Shown here one piece after another: positions 1 through 10,461 of a stretch of DNA of 57,424 bases (within the stretch, counting starts at the first letter, position 1; each line of letters opens with the position of its first letter). The DNA lies in assembly GCF_001194135.2 (NCBI RefSeq), contig NC_068984.1, positions 79,225,286-79,282,709 on the forward strand, read 5' to 3'. The notes below the pieces were generated by a model. The model was not told where the DNA came from and did no database searches. It was given only the letters and a program-made list of their open reading frames with translations. The stretch is from Octopus bimaculoides. Lineage: Eukaryota. Both the position numbers and the translations under genes were made by a program.

Positions 1-45
1 AGAGGACTTTACACCAGCCACAGATCTGGTCTGTGGCTCTCAACA

Positions 46-152
46 GGTTGTCCCGCAGAAATCTCCAATTGTCTTCCACGTTGTATGATGCTATATCCCC
101 TGGTTGTCCCGCAGAAATCTCCAATTGTCTTCCACGTTGTATGATGCTATAT
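46..152. repeat. Exact 51-bp direct duplication (period 56)
   Basis: ggttgtcccgcagaaatctccaattgtcttccacgttgtatgatgctatat at 46-96 and 102-152; a 9-bp hairpin (agccacaga/tctgtggct, 16-38) lies just upstream. Confidence 0.9.
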
Positions 153-237
153 ATGCATATTTGTATTTGCACACTAGTTTGGATATATACATATACTTAT
201 AGAAATAAATGCATATGTGCTTGTATACTTTTATGAC

Positions 238-590
<353 letters not shown>

Positions 591-829
591 AGAGAGAGAC
601 CTATGTAAACATATACAAACTTAAATGTATGTTAGCATGTATGAGTTTGTGGTTGTGTGTATGCATAAGGGTGTATTTTTTTCTTTTTGAACATGCATTT
701 GTGCATGTAATGTGCTTCTGTTTATATATGCATGTCCATGTTTGTACACACAAACAGATATTTAATGCATTTGAATGATGTCTGTTTTAATATTTGTACC
801 AGTCAGTACATGTGTTTATGTATACATAT

Positions 830-1310
830 ACACAAGGTGCATTCTGGAATGTTTGTGACTCTCACAGTAGAGTCATTTATTAATTTCAAAGAAGTACAAA
901 ACTCTAATCTCCCTCAATGTAACAATCACTTCAGTGCACTTATAACACTCTAGCCACTTTGAGACCATCCCCGCCAATGGGAAGGCGCCCAAATCTCTTG
1001 TATACAACCTCCATCTTTTCCTTCTGGTTGGGGGAATAACCGAAAGTTACAGTGTGCAAGGTCTGGACTTCAGGCAGTGAGAGGGACAGTTTTGATGACA
1101 ATCTCTGTCAAGTAGTTGGTTTCTAAGATAGAACTGTGAACTGATGCTTTATCCTGGTGCAGGTGCAACAGGTGCATCATGAAACCTCTTCCTGAAATCC
1201 CTCGACACTAGGGATGTGAATCATGCCCTTGTTATTGAAAAAGGGAATCATCGTGAGCTTCTCAGTGGGCTTGTTTTGCCTGACCTCTTCTGCCAGAGTA
1301 AAACAGATGC
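830..1310 (-). mobile_element. Mariner (DD34D) transposase pseudogene fragment, C-terminal half
   Basis: Minus-strand translation across frameshifts: KLTMIPFFNNKGMIH ... LHLHQDKASVHSSILETNYLTEIVIKTVPLTA*SPDLAHCNFRLFP ... LRGD*. Matches mariner HQDNAP and PYSPDLAPCDF motifs. Confidence 0.85.
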
Positions 1311-1384
1311 TTGACTCACACATATTGATCCATTAGTAATCTGGATCATTTCATAAGTTTCTGTAATATTTTTACTCAGTTTAA

Positions 1385-1602
1385 CCCTTTAACATTCAGA
1401 TTTCTTTGTGAAATATATTGCTATCTTCACATTGTTTTGAATTAATCGTACTTTATCTTGTGGTTTCAAGTTTTCAAATGGTGCGTTTATACATTTTTAG
1501 AATAACATTGTAGGGTAGGTATGAGAGGTTGGATACGGTCAGTTCTAATGTAAAACAGGTAAAATAGTAGGGCCAGATATGGCCAGGTTAAACATTAAAG
1601 GC
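1385..1602. mobile_element. piggyBac-like MITE (TTAA-flanked)
   Basis: ttaa|ccctttaacatt ... aacattaaaggc|ttaa; related copies at 45666-45881 and 52522-52685. Confidence 0.7.
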
Positions 1603-1881
1603 TTAACAAAACTTCATTGCATAGAAAGCTTCCAGATATTCCTAACTGAATTCTGCAAACTAGTCAGGTGTGTTTAATTAGGTGTGTTTAAAGCACCGTT
1701 ACAGCAATCTTTGTCAATCTGTAATAACAAAAGTTGGTAGGTCAGCTTAATAGCTGTATGGTAATGATATGCTAAATTTAGAGTAATCTAGGAGTTATAA
1801 CAGCCTCCCCTCAAAAAGTCTCAAATGTTCTGGTATGTACATTGTATGTATATTTATATATTTATATTTATATTTATGCAC

Positions 1882-1912
<31 letters not shown>

Positions 1913-2752
1913 NNNNNNNNNNNNNNNNNNNNNNNNNNNNNNNNNNNNNNNNNNNNNNNNNNNNNNNNNNNNNNNNNNNNNNNNNNNNNNNNNNNNNNNN
2001 NNNNNNNNNNNNNNNNNNNNNNNNNNNNNNNNNNNNNNNNNNNNNNNNNNNNNNNNNNNNNNNNNNNNNNNNNNNNNNNNNNNNNNNNNNNNNNNNNNNN
2101 NNNNNNNNNNNNNNNNNNNNNNNNNNNNNNNNNNNNNNNNNNNNNNNNNNNNNNNNNNNNNNNNNNNNNNNNNNNNNNNNNNNNNNNNNNNNNNNNNNNN
2201 NNNNNNNNNNNNNNNNNNNNNNNNNNNNNNNNNNNNNNNNNNNNNNNNNNNNNNNNNNNNNNNNNNNNNNNNNNNNNNNNNNNNNNNNNNNNNNNNNNNN
2301 NNNNNNNNNNNNNNNNNNNNNNNNNNNNNNNNNNNNNNNNNNNNNNNNNNNNNNNNNNNNNNNNNNNNNNNNNNNNNNNNNNNNNNNNNNNNNNNNNNNN
2401 NNNNNNNNNNNNNNNNNNNNNNNNNNNNNNNNNNNNNNNNNNNNNNNNNNNNNNNNNNNNNNNNNNNNNNNNNNNNNNNNNNNNNNNNNNNNNNNNNNNN
2501 NNNNNNNNNNNNNNNNNNNNNNNNNNNNNNNNNNNNNNNNNNNNNNNNNNNNNNNNNNNNNNNNNNNNNNNNNNNNNNNNNNNNNNNNNNNNNNNNNNNN
2601 NNNNNNNNNNNNNNNNNNNNNNNNNNNNNNNNNNNNNNNNNNNNNNNNNNNNNNNNNNNNNATATATATATGTATATATATATATATATATATAAATTCA
2701 AATTACGATGAACGTAAACAAAGTTTGCTTTAGAAGCGTTGAAATGTCTTAG

Positions 2753-2958
2753 AAAGTTAAAGAAGTGATTTTAAATTCTCAAATGCAGGATAATTCTAAT
2801 AATATAGTCTGATCAGGATAAGCTAACCCTATTTTGCAGAAAAACGTGTTGGTAGACTCCTACACTTTTTTCTGCAAAAGAGGGGTAGCTTATCCTGTTC
2901 AGGCTATATTATTTGCATTATCCTGTGCTTGAGAATTTAAAATCCCTTCTTTAACTTT
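2753..2958. repeat. 206-bp fold-back palindrome (100-bp arms, 88/100 identity, ~6-nt loop)
   Basis: Arm 2753-2852 against the reverse complement of 2859-2958, compared base by base: 12 mismatches, no indels. Confidence 0.95.
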
Positions 2959-3101
2959 ATATATATATATATAGGAGAGTATTGTAGTTCGCTTGAAGCA
3001 TTGTGTATTGTTTGTAAAGAATAAAAGTTTAGAATGGTACAACAATTGACTATAAAATAAGAAATGGACTATATACCTGTTGTAATTTGGTTGTCTATAC
3101 T

Positions 3102-3145
3102 CCAATGATATTTCGGAATTACAATTCCTTCTTCAGATCTTCATG
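3102..3145 (-). ncRNA. Minimal type-I hammerhead ribozyme motif in a (TA)n-flanked short element (~2973-3270)
   Basis: Minus strand: gat CTGAAGA a GGAAT tgta ATTCC GAAA TA TC att. Core intact, 5-bp stem II, loopless palindromic stem III (ATAT), short stem I. Confidence 0.7.
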
Positions 3146-3265
3146 GCTGGAGTCTCTGCTGTGGACGACAACAGGTAGCCTAAACTGTGTTGGTGCTCTA
3201 CTCAACATTTAAACACACTAAGCAGCTTATACCTATTTGTCCAAATTATTTATTATTATGTACAT

Positions 3266-3296
<31 letters not shown>

Positions 3297-3413
3297 GTGT
3301 AACGGTAAGATCCAAGGATCAAGTGTAGGAAGTTTCAGTCAGATCTTAGGCAGGTTAACATAGGATCACTTGATGACAATGCAATGTAGCCTTCATTAAA
3401 CTAAGGTACCTAT

Positions 3414-3475
3414 GGCCTGATGAGTAACTAGTGGAGTACCCCTCATTGAATAATTACTACGAAACATATGTAGCC
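3414..3475 (+). ncRNA. Type-I hammerhead ribozyme, canonical core
   Basis: ggc CTGATGA GTA..(31 nt)..TAC GAAAC ATAT GTA gcc. Stem I ggc/gcc, stem II closed by G-C, palindromic stem III ACATATGT, predicted cleavage after GUA at 3472. Lies in a ~200-bp block (3299-3505) between (TA)n tracts. Confidence 0.8.
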
Positions 3476-3542
3476 TGGATTTTACCTACTCCATTCCCTA
3501 AATTTGTATATATATNNNNNNNNNNATATATGTGTGTGTGTA

Positions 3543-3574
<32 letters not shown>

Positions 3575-4061
3575 CGTGTATGTAAGTATACATACATATA
3601 TATATATAAAGTACGAGTGGGTGGACAAATCAAAGAAAGACGCACTCAGCACACACAGTAGTTGATACATATATTTGTGTTTCATGGCCTGCATGTCCCT
3701 TCGAAGACTGGTCAGAGAGCAAGGTGCCACTTACTTCCTGTCCACCCACACAGTTCAAGGAATTCTTCTTTTTAATGCACCTGTTGTTGTTTCAATGTCA
3801 ATCATACTTTTAACACCATGTGTCCAACATTGATCAATAGCAGCCAAGTTGCCAATAGCAATCTTGGACTTCCTGCATCTCTCCATTCCATTAACTGAGT
3901 TCGACAAGCAAGGTTTCTGTAACTTTAAATCACACATAGCCAAATCAAACTGTTTTGAATAATAATAATAATGATGATGATAATAATAATAATAATGATA
4001 ATAATAATAATAATTATAATAATAATAATAGTGATAATAATAATAATGATAATAATAATAA

Positions 4062-4540
4062 TTTTGTCTTGGTATAAAAGATGGGCTACAGCAAATATTC
4101 TGCTCAATACCACAGATTTGCTTGTCAGTTGCTTGATCTTAACCAGTTGAGCATGTCCCTTGGTGGCTGACAATATGTGCATCTCTGATCATGAGTAGTA
4201 GTAGTGGGGGAGCATTATAGCTATGTGTTGAGAGGAATTCTTCAGGGTTTGGATAATTCACCTTTGGAAACATTGGTATTTTGCTCAACATCCTTAAACA
4301 AACCTTATTCAGGGACCTTTTGAGTGGGATGGGCTACTCGACCTGAAGAAAATTCTAACTGGGCCTCACCTGCAAGATCATGCGCTGTTTATCTTGATAT
4401 GAGACCACTATGTCGTGCACATATGGTTGTGATGCATGTGCCTGGTGTACCCTTATCAGACAGGTAGCCATGATGGGTATACTGGGCTTCGTATATTTTA
4501 CCCCAGTGTCACTTTGATGGCATGCCCTGCTCTCTCACTC
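4062..4540. mobile_element. Unclassified ~480-bp non-coding insert within a (TAA)n array
   Basis: Complex sequence bounded on both sides by (aat)n (3958-4061 and 4541-4604); no recognisable ORF. Confidence 0.5.
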
Positions 4541-4565
4541 AATAATAATAATAATAATAATAATG

Positions 4566-4607
<42 letters not shown>

Positions 4608-4751
4608 GTAGCCTTAGGAGAAGGAACACTCCAAGCTCCAGACCAGGGGAGCAAAGACCCTGTTGCCTTGGTGGACTACCTTGATAGAGATGGTGTCTCA
4701 ATGAGACGTATGCATAGCATACAAAGGTACAAATAATAATAATAATAATAC

Positions 4752-4923
4752 TTTCTATTATAGGCACAAGGCCTGAAATTTTGGGGAAGGGAATAAGTTG
4801 ATTACATCGACTTATTTCATTAATCCTGAAAGGATAAAAAGCAAAGTTGACCTTGGTGGAATTTGATCTCAGAACTTAAGGAAGGATGAAATGCCACAAA
4901 TCATTTTGCCTGGTGTGCTAATG
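4752..4923 (-). mobile_element. SINE family A (variant tail)
   Basis: Reverse complement of gagctggcaga..ttagcac..tgagatcaaattccaccaaggtcaactttgc; (ATT)n tail. Confidence 0.8.
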
Positions 4924-4966
4924 TGTCTGCCAGCTCACTACCTTAATAATAATGATGATAATAATA

Positions 4967-4998
<32 letters not shown>

Positions 4999-5595
4999 TG
5001 TGTATTATATATGCATACACATATATACTTTTGTCCGTTCATGTATATTTGCAACTATTTATCTACACATAAATTCATAACATGTGTATAGATTCAGAAA
5101 TGATACATACACATACATATACACACATACACAGATGCATACATGCATGCCTGCTTACATACATACATACACACACGCATACATTCTTGCATATACAATA
5201 CATACATTCACAAATCATAATTGCATGCATCCCTTATACATACATACTTACATATATACATTACATTGCAATAGATGACTACACTGCAAGTATATCTGCA
5301 TACATACAGAAGCATTCAGTTTCAATTATGTTGTTATCCTTAATTAAGATGCACAGGCATTTTCTACAGACACATTTAAAGCTATACATGTCGACAGACA
5401 TAAGATGCATGATAATATTTATATTCATAGTCATGTTTCTATGCTATATTTAATACATACAGACATCGTGTTTCAGTCATTGTCATCCACTAGATTTTAT
5501 TCACCTATGAATATATTGTCTTATTATTGAACCATCTTCTATGTCATTGTTTGACCACTTAGAAATAGCAGTTAAATTTAACTGATATGCCCCTT

Positions 5596-5935
5596 CATCA
5601 TCATCATCATCATTATTTAACGTCTGTTGTCCATGCTCGCATGGGTTGGATGGTTTGACCAGAGATGGCAGGCTGGAGAGCTGCACCAGACACCAGTCTG
5701 ATTTGGCATGGCTTCAACAGCTGGATGCCCTTCCTAATGCCAACTACTTTACAGAGTGTGCTGGGTGTATTTATGTGGCACAAGCAAAGCACAAGCGCTT
5801 TTTTTCATGGCACTGGCACAAGACTCTTGCAAGCCAAACCTCTTCACAGGGTAGGTGGCTGGGCCTTAACACTTCTGCTGTGGCATATGGGTCTTCTTGA
5901 TTACAACAAGGTAACAAGTATCTCAGTCCTTTGTT
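5596..5935 (-). mobile_element. SINE-like family C (RTE-type tail), with extended 5' part
   Basis: (cat)n tail followed by tttaacgtctgttgtccatgctcgcatgggttggatgg..ctggatgcccttcctaatgccaac. Confidence 0.8.
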
Positions 5936-6693
5936 ACAAACATTTGATCACTATAAATACATCATCTGTTTTAAGTTGTAAACCTCCTCGAGAAATGTGA
6001 AGACGCAGGCAGGAAAGCGGAGCATTTTCCAATCAAAGTTGGATGTAGAGTGTTTGTAGGACACAGTGTGAGACGACTGCTGTTTTCGTTAGGCCTAATT
6101 CATCGTAAGGTAAATACCATCATGAGTGATATCCAAACTACAGTGGAGAAGGCTAGCCACTGGATTTGGTTAAAAAGAGATGATGAGCGATGGCTAGAGA
6201 ACTATTGAGCTTTGTTTTTAATAACCAGTTGATCTAGCAAGCGGGGCCTCATATCAGTGAGGGGGGGAGGGGCGGTGCACATGGATGCCGTCGAGAGGTA
6301 GGCCCCGAAACGGCGTGCATTCTCTCCTGATGACCCCATACACCTGCTGGCTTCCGGTATGCGAAGTTCTTGACTGGTAGCACTTGCACGTGCGAGTTGT
6401 TTGCAAGACATCATCTGTTTTAAATTGTTCAGCAAGAATTTGCAGAACTGTCCTTTGAAAGGTTCAGTGTCCTGAGATTGTCCTTCAGAACTTCGTCCCA
6501 TGTCTTCCTGAGTCTTCCTTTTCAATGTGTCCCATCTACTTTGAGAGATCAGCTATTTGAAAAGAGTATGTACACACTGGATAGTTTAGTCATAAATATG
6601 ATTGTAGTCCCTTGAGTCCAATTAAGATAGTTCTGCAAATTCTTGCTGAACAACTTAAATCAGATGATTTATTTATAGTGATCAAATGTTTGT
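5936..6693. mobile_element. Non-autonomous TIR element (~309 bp net, 65-bp TIRs) interrupted by a LINE fragment
   Basis: Left TIR (5936-5979 joined to 6429-6449) matches the reverse complement of 6629-6693 at 63/65; gtt lies on both outer sides. Confidence 0.8.
5980..6407 (+). mobile_element. 5'-truncated RLE-type LINE (HERO-like): ORF C-terminus plus 3' UTR
   Basis: Stop-free frame 5981-6208: NLLEKCEDAGRKAEHFPIKVGCRVFVGHSVRRLLFSLG...VEKASHWIWLKRDDERWLENY*, resembling the PxEVGCRGF...AExASxWxWxKR end of HERO-type LINEs. Flanked by a 21-bp duplication (5959-5979 and 6408-6428, 20/21). Confidence 0.8.
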
Positions 6694-6786
6694 GTTGTGC
6701 ATGAGTTCAGCGTCTCCATCAAATCAACATTGCTTATACAAGGTACAAATGTATGGTATGCAACATATCAGATGTCAAAGTGCTAA

Positions 6787-7020
6787 GGCGGTGAGCTGGC
6801 ATAAATGTTAGCACGCCGGGTGAAATGCTTAGTGGTATTTCGTCTGCCGTTATGTTCTGAGTTCAAATTCCACCGAGGTTGACTTTGCCTTTCATCCTTT
6901 TAGAGTTGATAAATTAAGTACCAGTTATGCACTGGGGTTGATGTAATCGACATAATCCCTTTGTCTTTCCTTGTTTGTCCCCCTCTATGTTAAGCCCCTT
7001 GTGGTCAATAAAGAAATAAG
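6787..7020 (+). mobile_element. SINE family A, full length (tRNA-like head)
   Basis: ggcggtgagctggc..ttagcacgccgg..gagttcaaattcc (B-box-like)..ctttgcctttcatcc..caataaagaaataag. Confidence 0.9.
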
Positions 7021-7140
7021 ATGTCAAAGTGATTGCAGGGTAATGTGAGATGAAGTGTTTGTTTCAGAACGCAATGTACTACCCTGTTTAGAATTGAACC
7101 TACAATCCCATAATTCTGAGTACAAACCCTAACCACCCTC
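7021..7140 (-). mobile_element. SINE family D head (tRNA-like), degenerate
   Basis: Reverse complement ggtggttagggtttgtactc..gtaggttcaattct..aaacacttcatctcac; similar to 18041-18150. Confidence 0.55.
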
Positions 7141-7421
7141 ACAAAAGATAATGCTTTTAAGGATCATTTTTTAAGTATGTGTTGCAGTGGTATTCGATTC
7201 TACTGAGTGGATCAACAACATCATGATAATCTGAGATTGTATTGAATCCTGAGTGTAAAACAGGATTTTCTCCAATATTTGTTCCTCTTTTCTGACAAAT
7301 GTGAGAAAAAAAAAAAATCCATTAAAGTTTCATTCTTGAGAAGTTTAACTTATTATAGGGAGACTTAATGCATTCTCATCTTCAGAAATCTATCATATCT
7401 GAAAAACTGATGATGGAGGTA

Positions 7422-7628
7422 TGAGGGGTACTAAAAAGTTCTTGGCCTTAAGGGTATTGCAAAAGAAGGCCCAGCCTTCTGATTTCTTTTACAGGGCTTA
7501 GAAAAACTGAAGGGTTGCTGCAGTAAGTGTGTGAATCTAGGAGGGGAATATGTTGAATAAAATTATAATTAACTGATCCTCCTGTATTTTCTTTTACCCA
7601 AAGACAGGAACTTTTCATCTCACCCTCA
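7422..7628 (+). mobile_element. Mariner-derived MITE (207 bp)
   Basis: ta|tgaggggtactaaaaagttc ... gaacttttcatctcaccctca|ta; interior retains the transposase C-terminus (..GEYVE*). Confidence 0.85.
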
Positions 7629-7748
7629 TATATATATACACACACATATATATNNNNNNNNNNNNNNNNNNNNNNNNNNNNNNNNNNNNNNNNNNNNNNN
7701 NNNNNNNNNNNNNNNNNNNNNNNNNNNNNNNNNNNNNNNNNNNNNNNN

Positions 7749-7804
<56 letters not shown>

Positions 7805-7811
<7 letters not shown>

Positions 7812-7988
7812 TGAAAAAACAACAGACGAAGACAGGTGGTGTAGACAACAAATGGATGAATTAGTATAATGCTCGAGAATAGAGAAAGTCTTTAACGTTT
7901 CGAGCCTAAGCTCTTCGACAAAAAGGAACACAGAAAGAAACAAGGAGAGAAAAAAATGTGTGTAGTGGTCAGCGATCTATCATGGCGT
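7805..7988 (-). mobile_element. Short hammerhead-bearing (Penelope pLTR-like) element with degenerate HHR at 7891-7924
   Basis: ttt TTGTCGA a GAGC ttag GCTC GAAAC GTT aaa; core carries two substitutions. Bounded by (AG)n/(TA)n and (TA)n. Confidence 0.55.
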
Positions 7989-8013
7989 ATATATATATAT
8001 ATATATATATATA

Positions 8014-8210
8014 GCTGAAAAAGTTCTTGGCTTTATGGGTATTGCAAAAGGCTTAGCATTCTGAGTTCTTTCACAGGGATTACAAAAATTGAAGGACCAC
8101 TGCAATAAGTGTGTGAATCTGAGAGGGGAATATGTTGAATAAAATCATTATTAAATGATCCTCTTGTATTGTCTTTTACCCAATGCCAGGAACTTTTCAG
8201 CACCTACTCA
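8014..8210 (+). mobile_element. Second copy of the mariner-derived MITE
   Basis: gctgaaaaagttcttggc ... ccaggaacttttcagcacctactca|ta; interior reads FSQGLQKLKDHCNKCVNLRGEYVE*. Confidence 0.85.
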
Positions 8211-8384
8211 TATGTTTGATGAACATGTTGTTAGCGAAACTTTTATATTTTGTGTTCTCATTGTTCTAAGTCATCCTTCATTCATGTAGGGTCATTGTTA
8301 ATGGGTTTCTAGTTGTTTGGTTTAAGATGGTATCCCAGCATGGCTGCTGTCCAATGACTGAAACGAGTAAAAGATAAAAACTAA

Positions 8385-8515
8385 GATAAACAAAGTTCTT
8401 TTTTAATCTAAAATATACTCTCCTTCATTTCCTACAATGCTCTTCCATCCATCTGGTTGACTTGCAAAGCCCCTCTTCCAAAATACAATTGTCCCTGATG
8501 AAAAATACTCCAATA
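8385..8515 (-). mobile_element. 3' fragment of the mariner family at 10462-11716
   Basis: Near-identical to 10519-10650 (agataaacaaagttc..taatctaaaatatactctccttcat..gatgaaaaatactcca). Confidence 0.85.
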
Positions 8516-9039
8516 AAAGAACAATAAAAGGGAAAAAAAAAATTTTTTAAAGCAAAAACAAGTAGCTTTATGCCAGTTGAATGACCTAGATGGCCATTCA
8601 GCTACATTTTATCTCTTGGCCCTGTTTCATGGGAAGGTTTTTTAATTATTTACCACTCTAATAACAAAATGTTATGAAGTACCACCTTATTAAACTGACT
8701 ACATTTTTATGCCATTCTGATAAAAAAACATCAGTTAATTTAGGGACAAGAAAGGATTGTAATTTCTGGGCATATGTTTCTTGTGTAATATTACTGCCAA
8801 AGAGATACGGTTATATTAATTAATCTTTTGCTCAATATCCCAGCTTGAATCATAATTGCTGGATCAGAAGAAAATGTAATGGTAGATTTTCTCTAAAGTC
8901 AGACTTTTGGGTCACCATACCTATATCTGTATCCGCGTGTGTGTGTATATATATTTACATATATATATATTTGTATATATATATAGATCATCATCATCAT
9001 CATTGTTTAACGTTCGCCCTTTATACTGGCATGGGTGGA

Positions 9040-9210
9040 TATATATATATATATATATATAATTTTTAATTTAGAAATGTATATATATATATATATATAT
9101 ATGCATGTATGTATATTATATATTATATATATAACATATATCTTATATATGTATGTATACATATATATATATGTATGTATGTGTGTCCTCATCATCATCA
9201 TATATATATA

Positions 9211-9244
<34 letters not shown>

Positions 9245-9316
9245 CATACATATATATGTATATATATATGTATATACATACATACATATATGCAAACATA
9301 TATGCAAACATATATA

Positions 9317-9395
<79 letters not shown>

Positions 9396-9991
9396 ATATA
9401 TGTATATATATGTATGCATTTGTAACACATAAATTGATATGGGGAAAAATAAACCCAATGAAGGATATGAAAAAAAAAATGAAACAATAATTATAATATT
9501 TTCTGTAATACTGAAGAAAATGAAAAAAATCGTGGCTTCTTTGAACGCCCACACCCAGCTAAAACTATGAATAAGAGAGAGGTGGGGAGAAAGAGAGAGA
9601 AAAAAGAAATGAAGATACAGGGAGAAAAAGAGAGATATAGACAGAAAGGAGTTAAATAGAGAGGGGCTCTGAAAAAGGGCAGAGAAACTAGGATTTCATA
9701 TATTGCTTCTTATTGGTGGCATCGTATTCACCGAAATTTGTAAGATTTTTTATTTTTTTAATCTTATTCTCCTTATTGGTTGTTATTATGCTTCATGGTA
9801 ATATTGACATACTAAGCTTAATAGTGCTTCATTGAGTGTGCAAATGTATATATGAATATGTGTATATGTATATGCATGTGTGTATACATACATGTATACT
9901 TATATGTATATACACATACACATATATAAATGTATGTATATGTTATATTCATATATACTTACATACATACATGTATACATACATACATACA

Positions 9992-10023
<32 letters not shown>

Positions 10024-10130
10024 ATATACATATCTATATATATTGTACATACATATATAATATACATATACAATATATATATATATGTGTGTGTGTGTGT
10101 ATAAATATATATGTATATATATATAAATGA
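9040..10130. repeat. (TA)n/(TG)n/(TACA)n microsatellite-rich block
   Basis: Directly visible at 9040-9420 and 9835-10130. Confidence 0.9.
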
Positions 10131-10461
10131 TACTATACATGTTTTGACTTCTGAAAATATTATTAACGTAATACAATGCAGTCCTTAAATTTTTTACCTC
10201 TTTCTCTCTCTCTCTCTCTNNNNNNNNNNNNNNNNNNNNNNNNNNNNNNNNNNNNNNNNNNNNNNNNNNNNNNNNNNNNNNNNNNNNNNNNNNNNNNNNN
10301 NNNNNNNNNNNNNNNNNNNNNNNNNNNNNNNNNNNNNNNNNNNNNNNNNNNNNNNNNNNNNNNNNNNNNNNNNNNNNNNNNNNNNNNNNNNNNNNNNNNN
10401 NNNNNNNNNNNNNNNNNNNNNNNNNNNNNNNNNNNNNTATATATATATATATATATATATA

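Noticed and set aside
2705-2750. Hammerhead-like string acgatga-acgt...gcgtt-gaaatgtc just before the palindrome
   Set aside because: Several core positions are altered and stem I is not evident; noted only as part of the cluster.
3670-3720. Minus-strand ctgacca..gaaacaca hammerhead-like string
   Set aside because: G8 is not conserved and there is no stem I pairing.
3729-3915. Strong minus-strand donor (CAGGAA|GTAAGT at 3735) suggesting an exon
   Set aside because: All frames from the plausible upstream acceptor contain stops; no recognisable peptide.
6270-6345. GAAAC and CTGATGA words in the HERO-like 3' UTR as a hammerhead
   Set aside because: Order and topology are wrong, and stem II strands (cccc / ccc) cannot pair.
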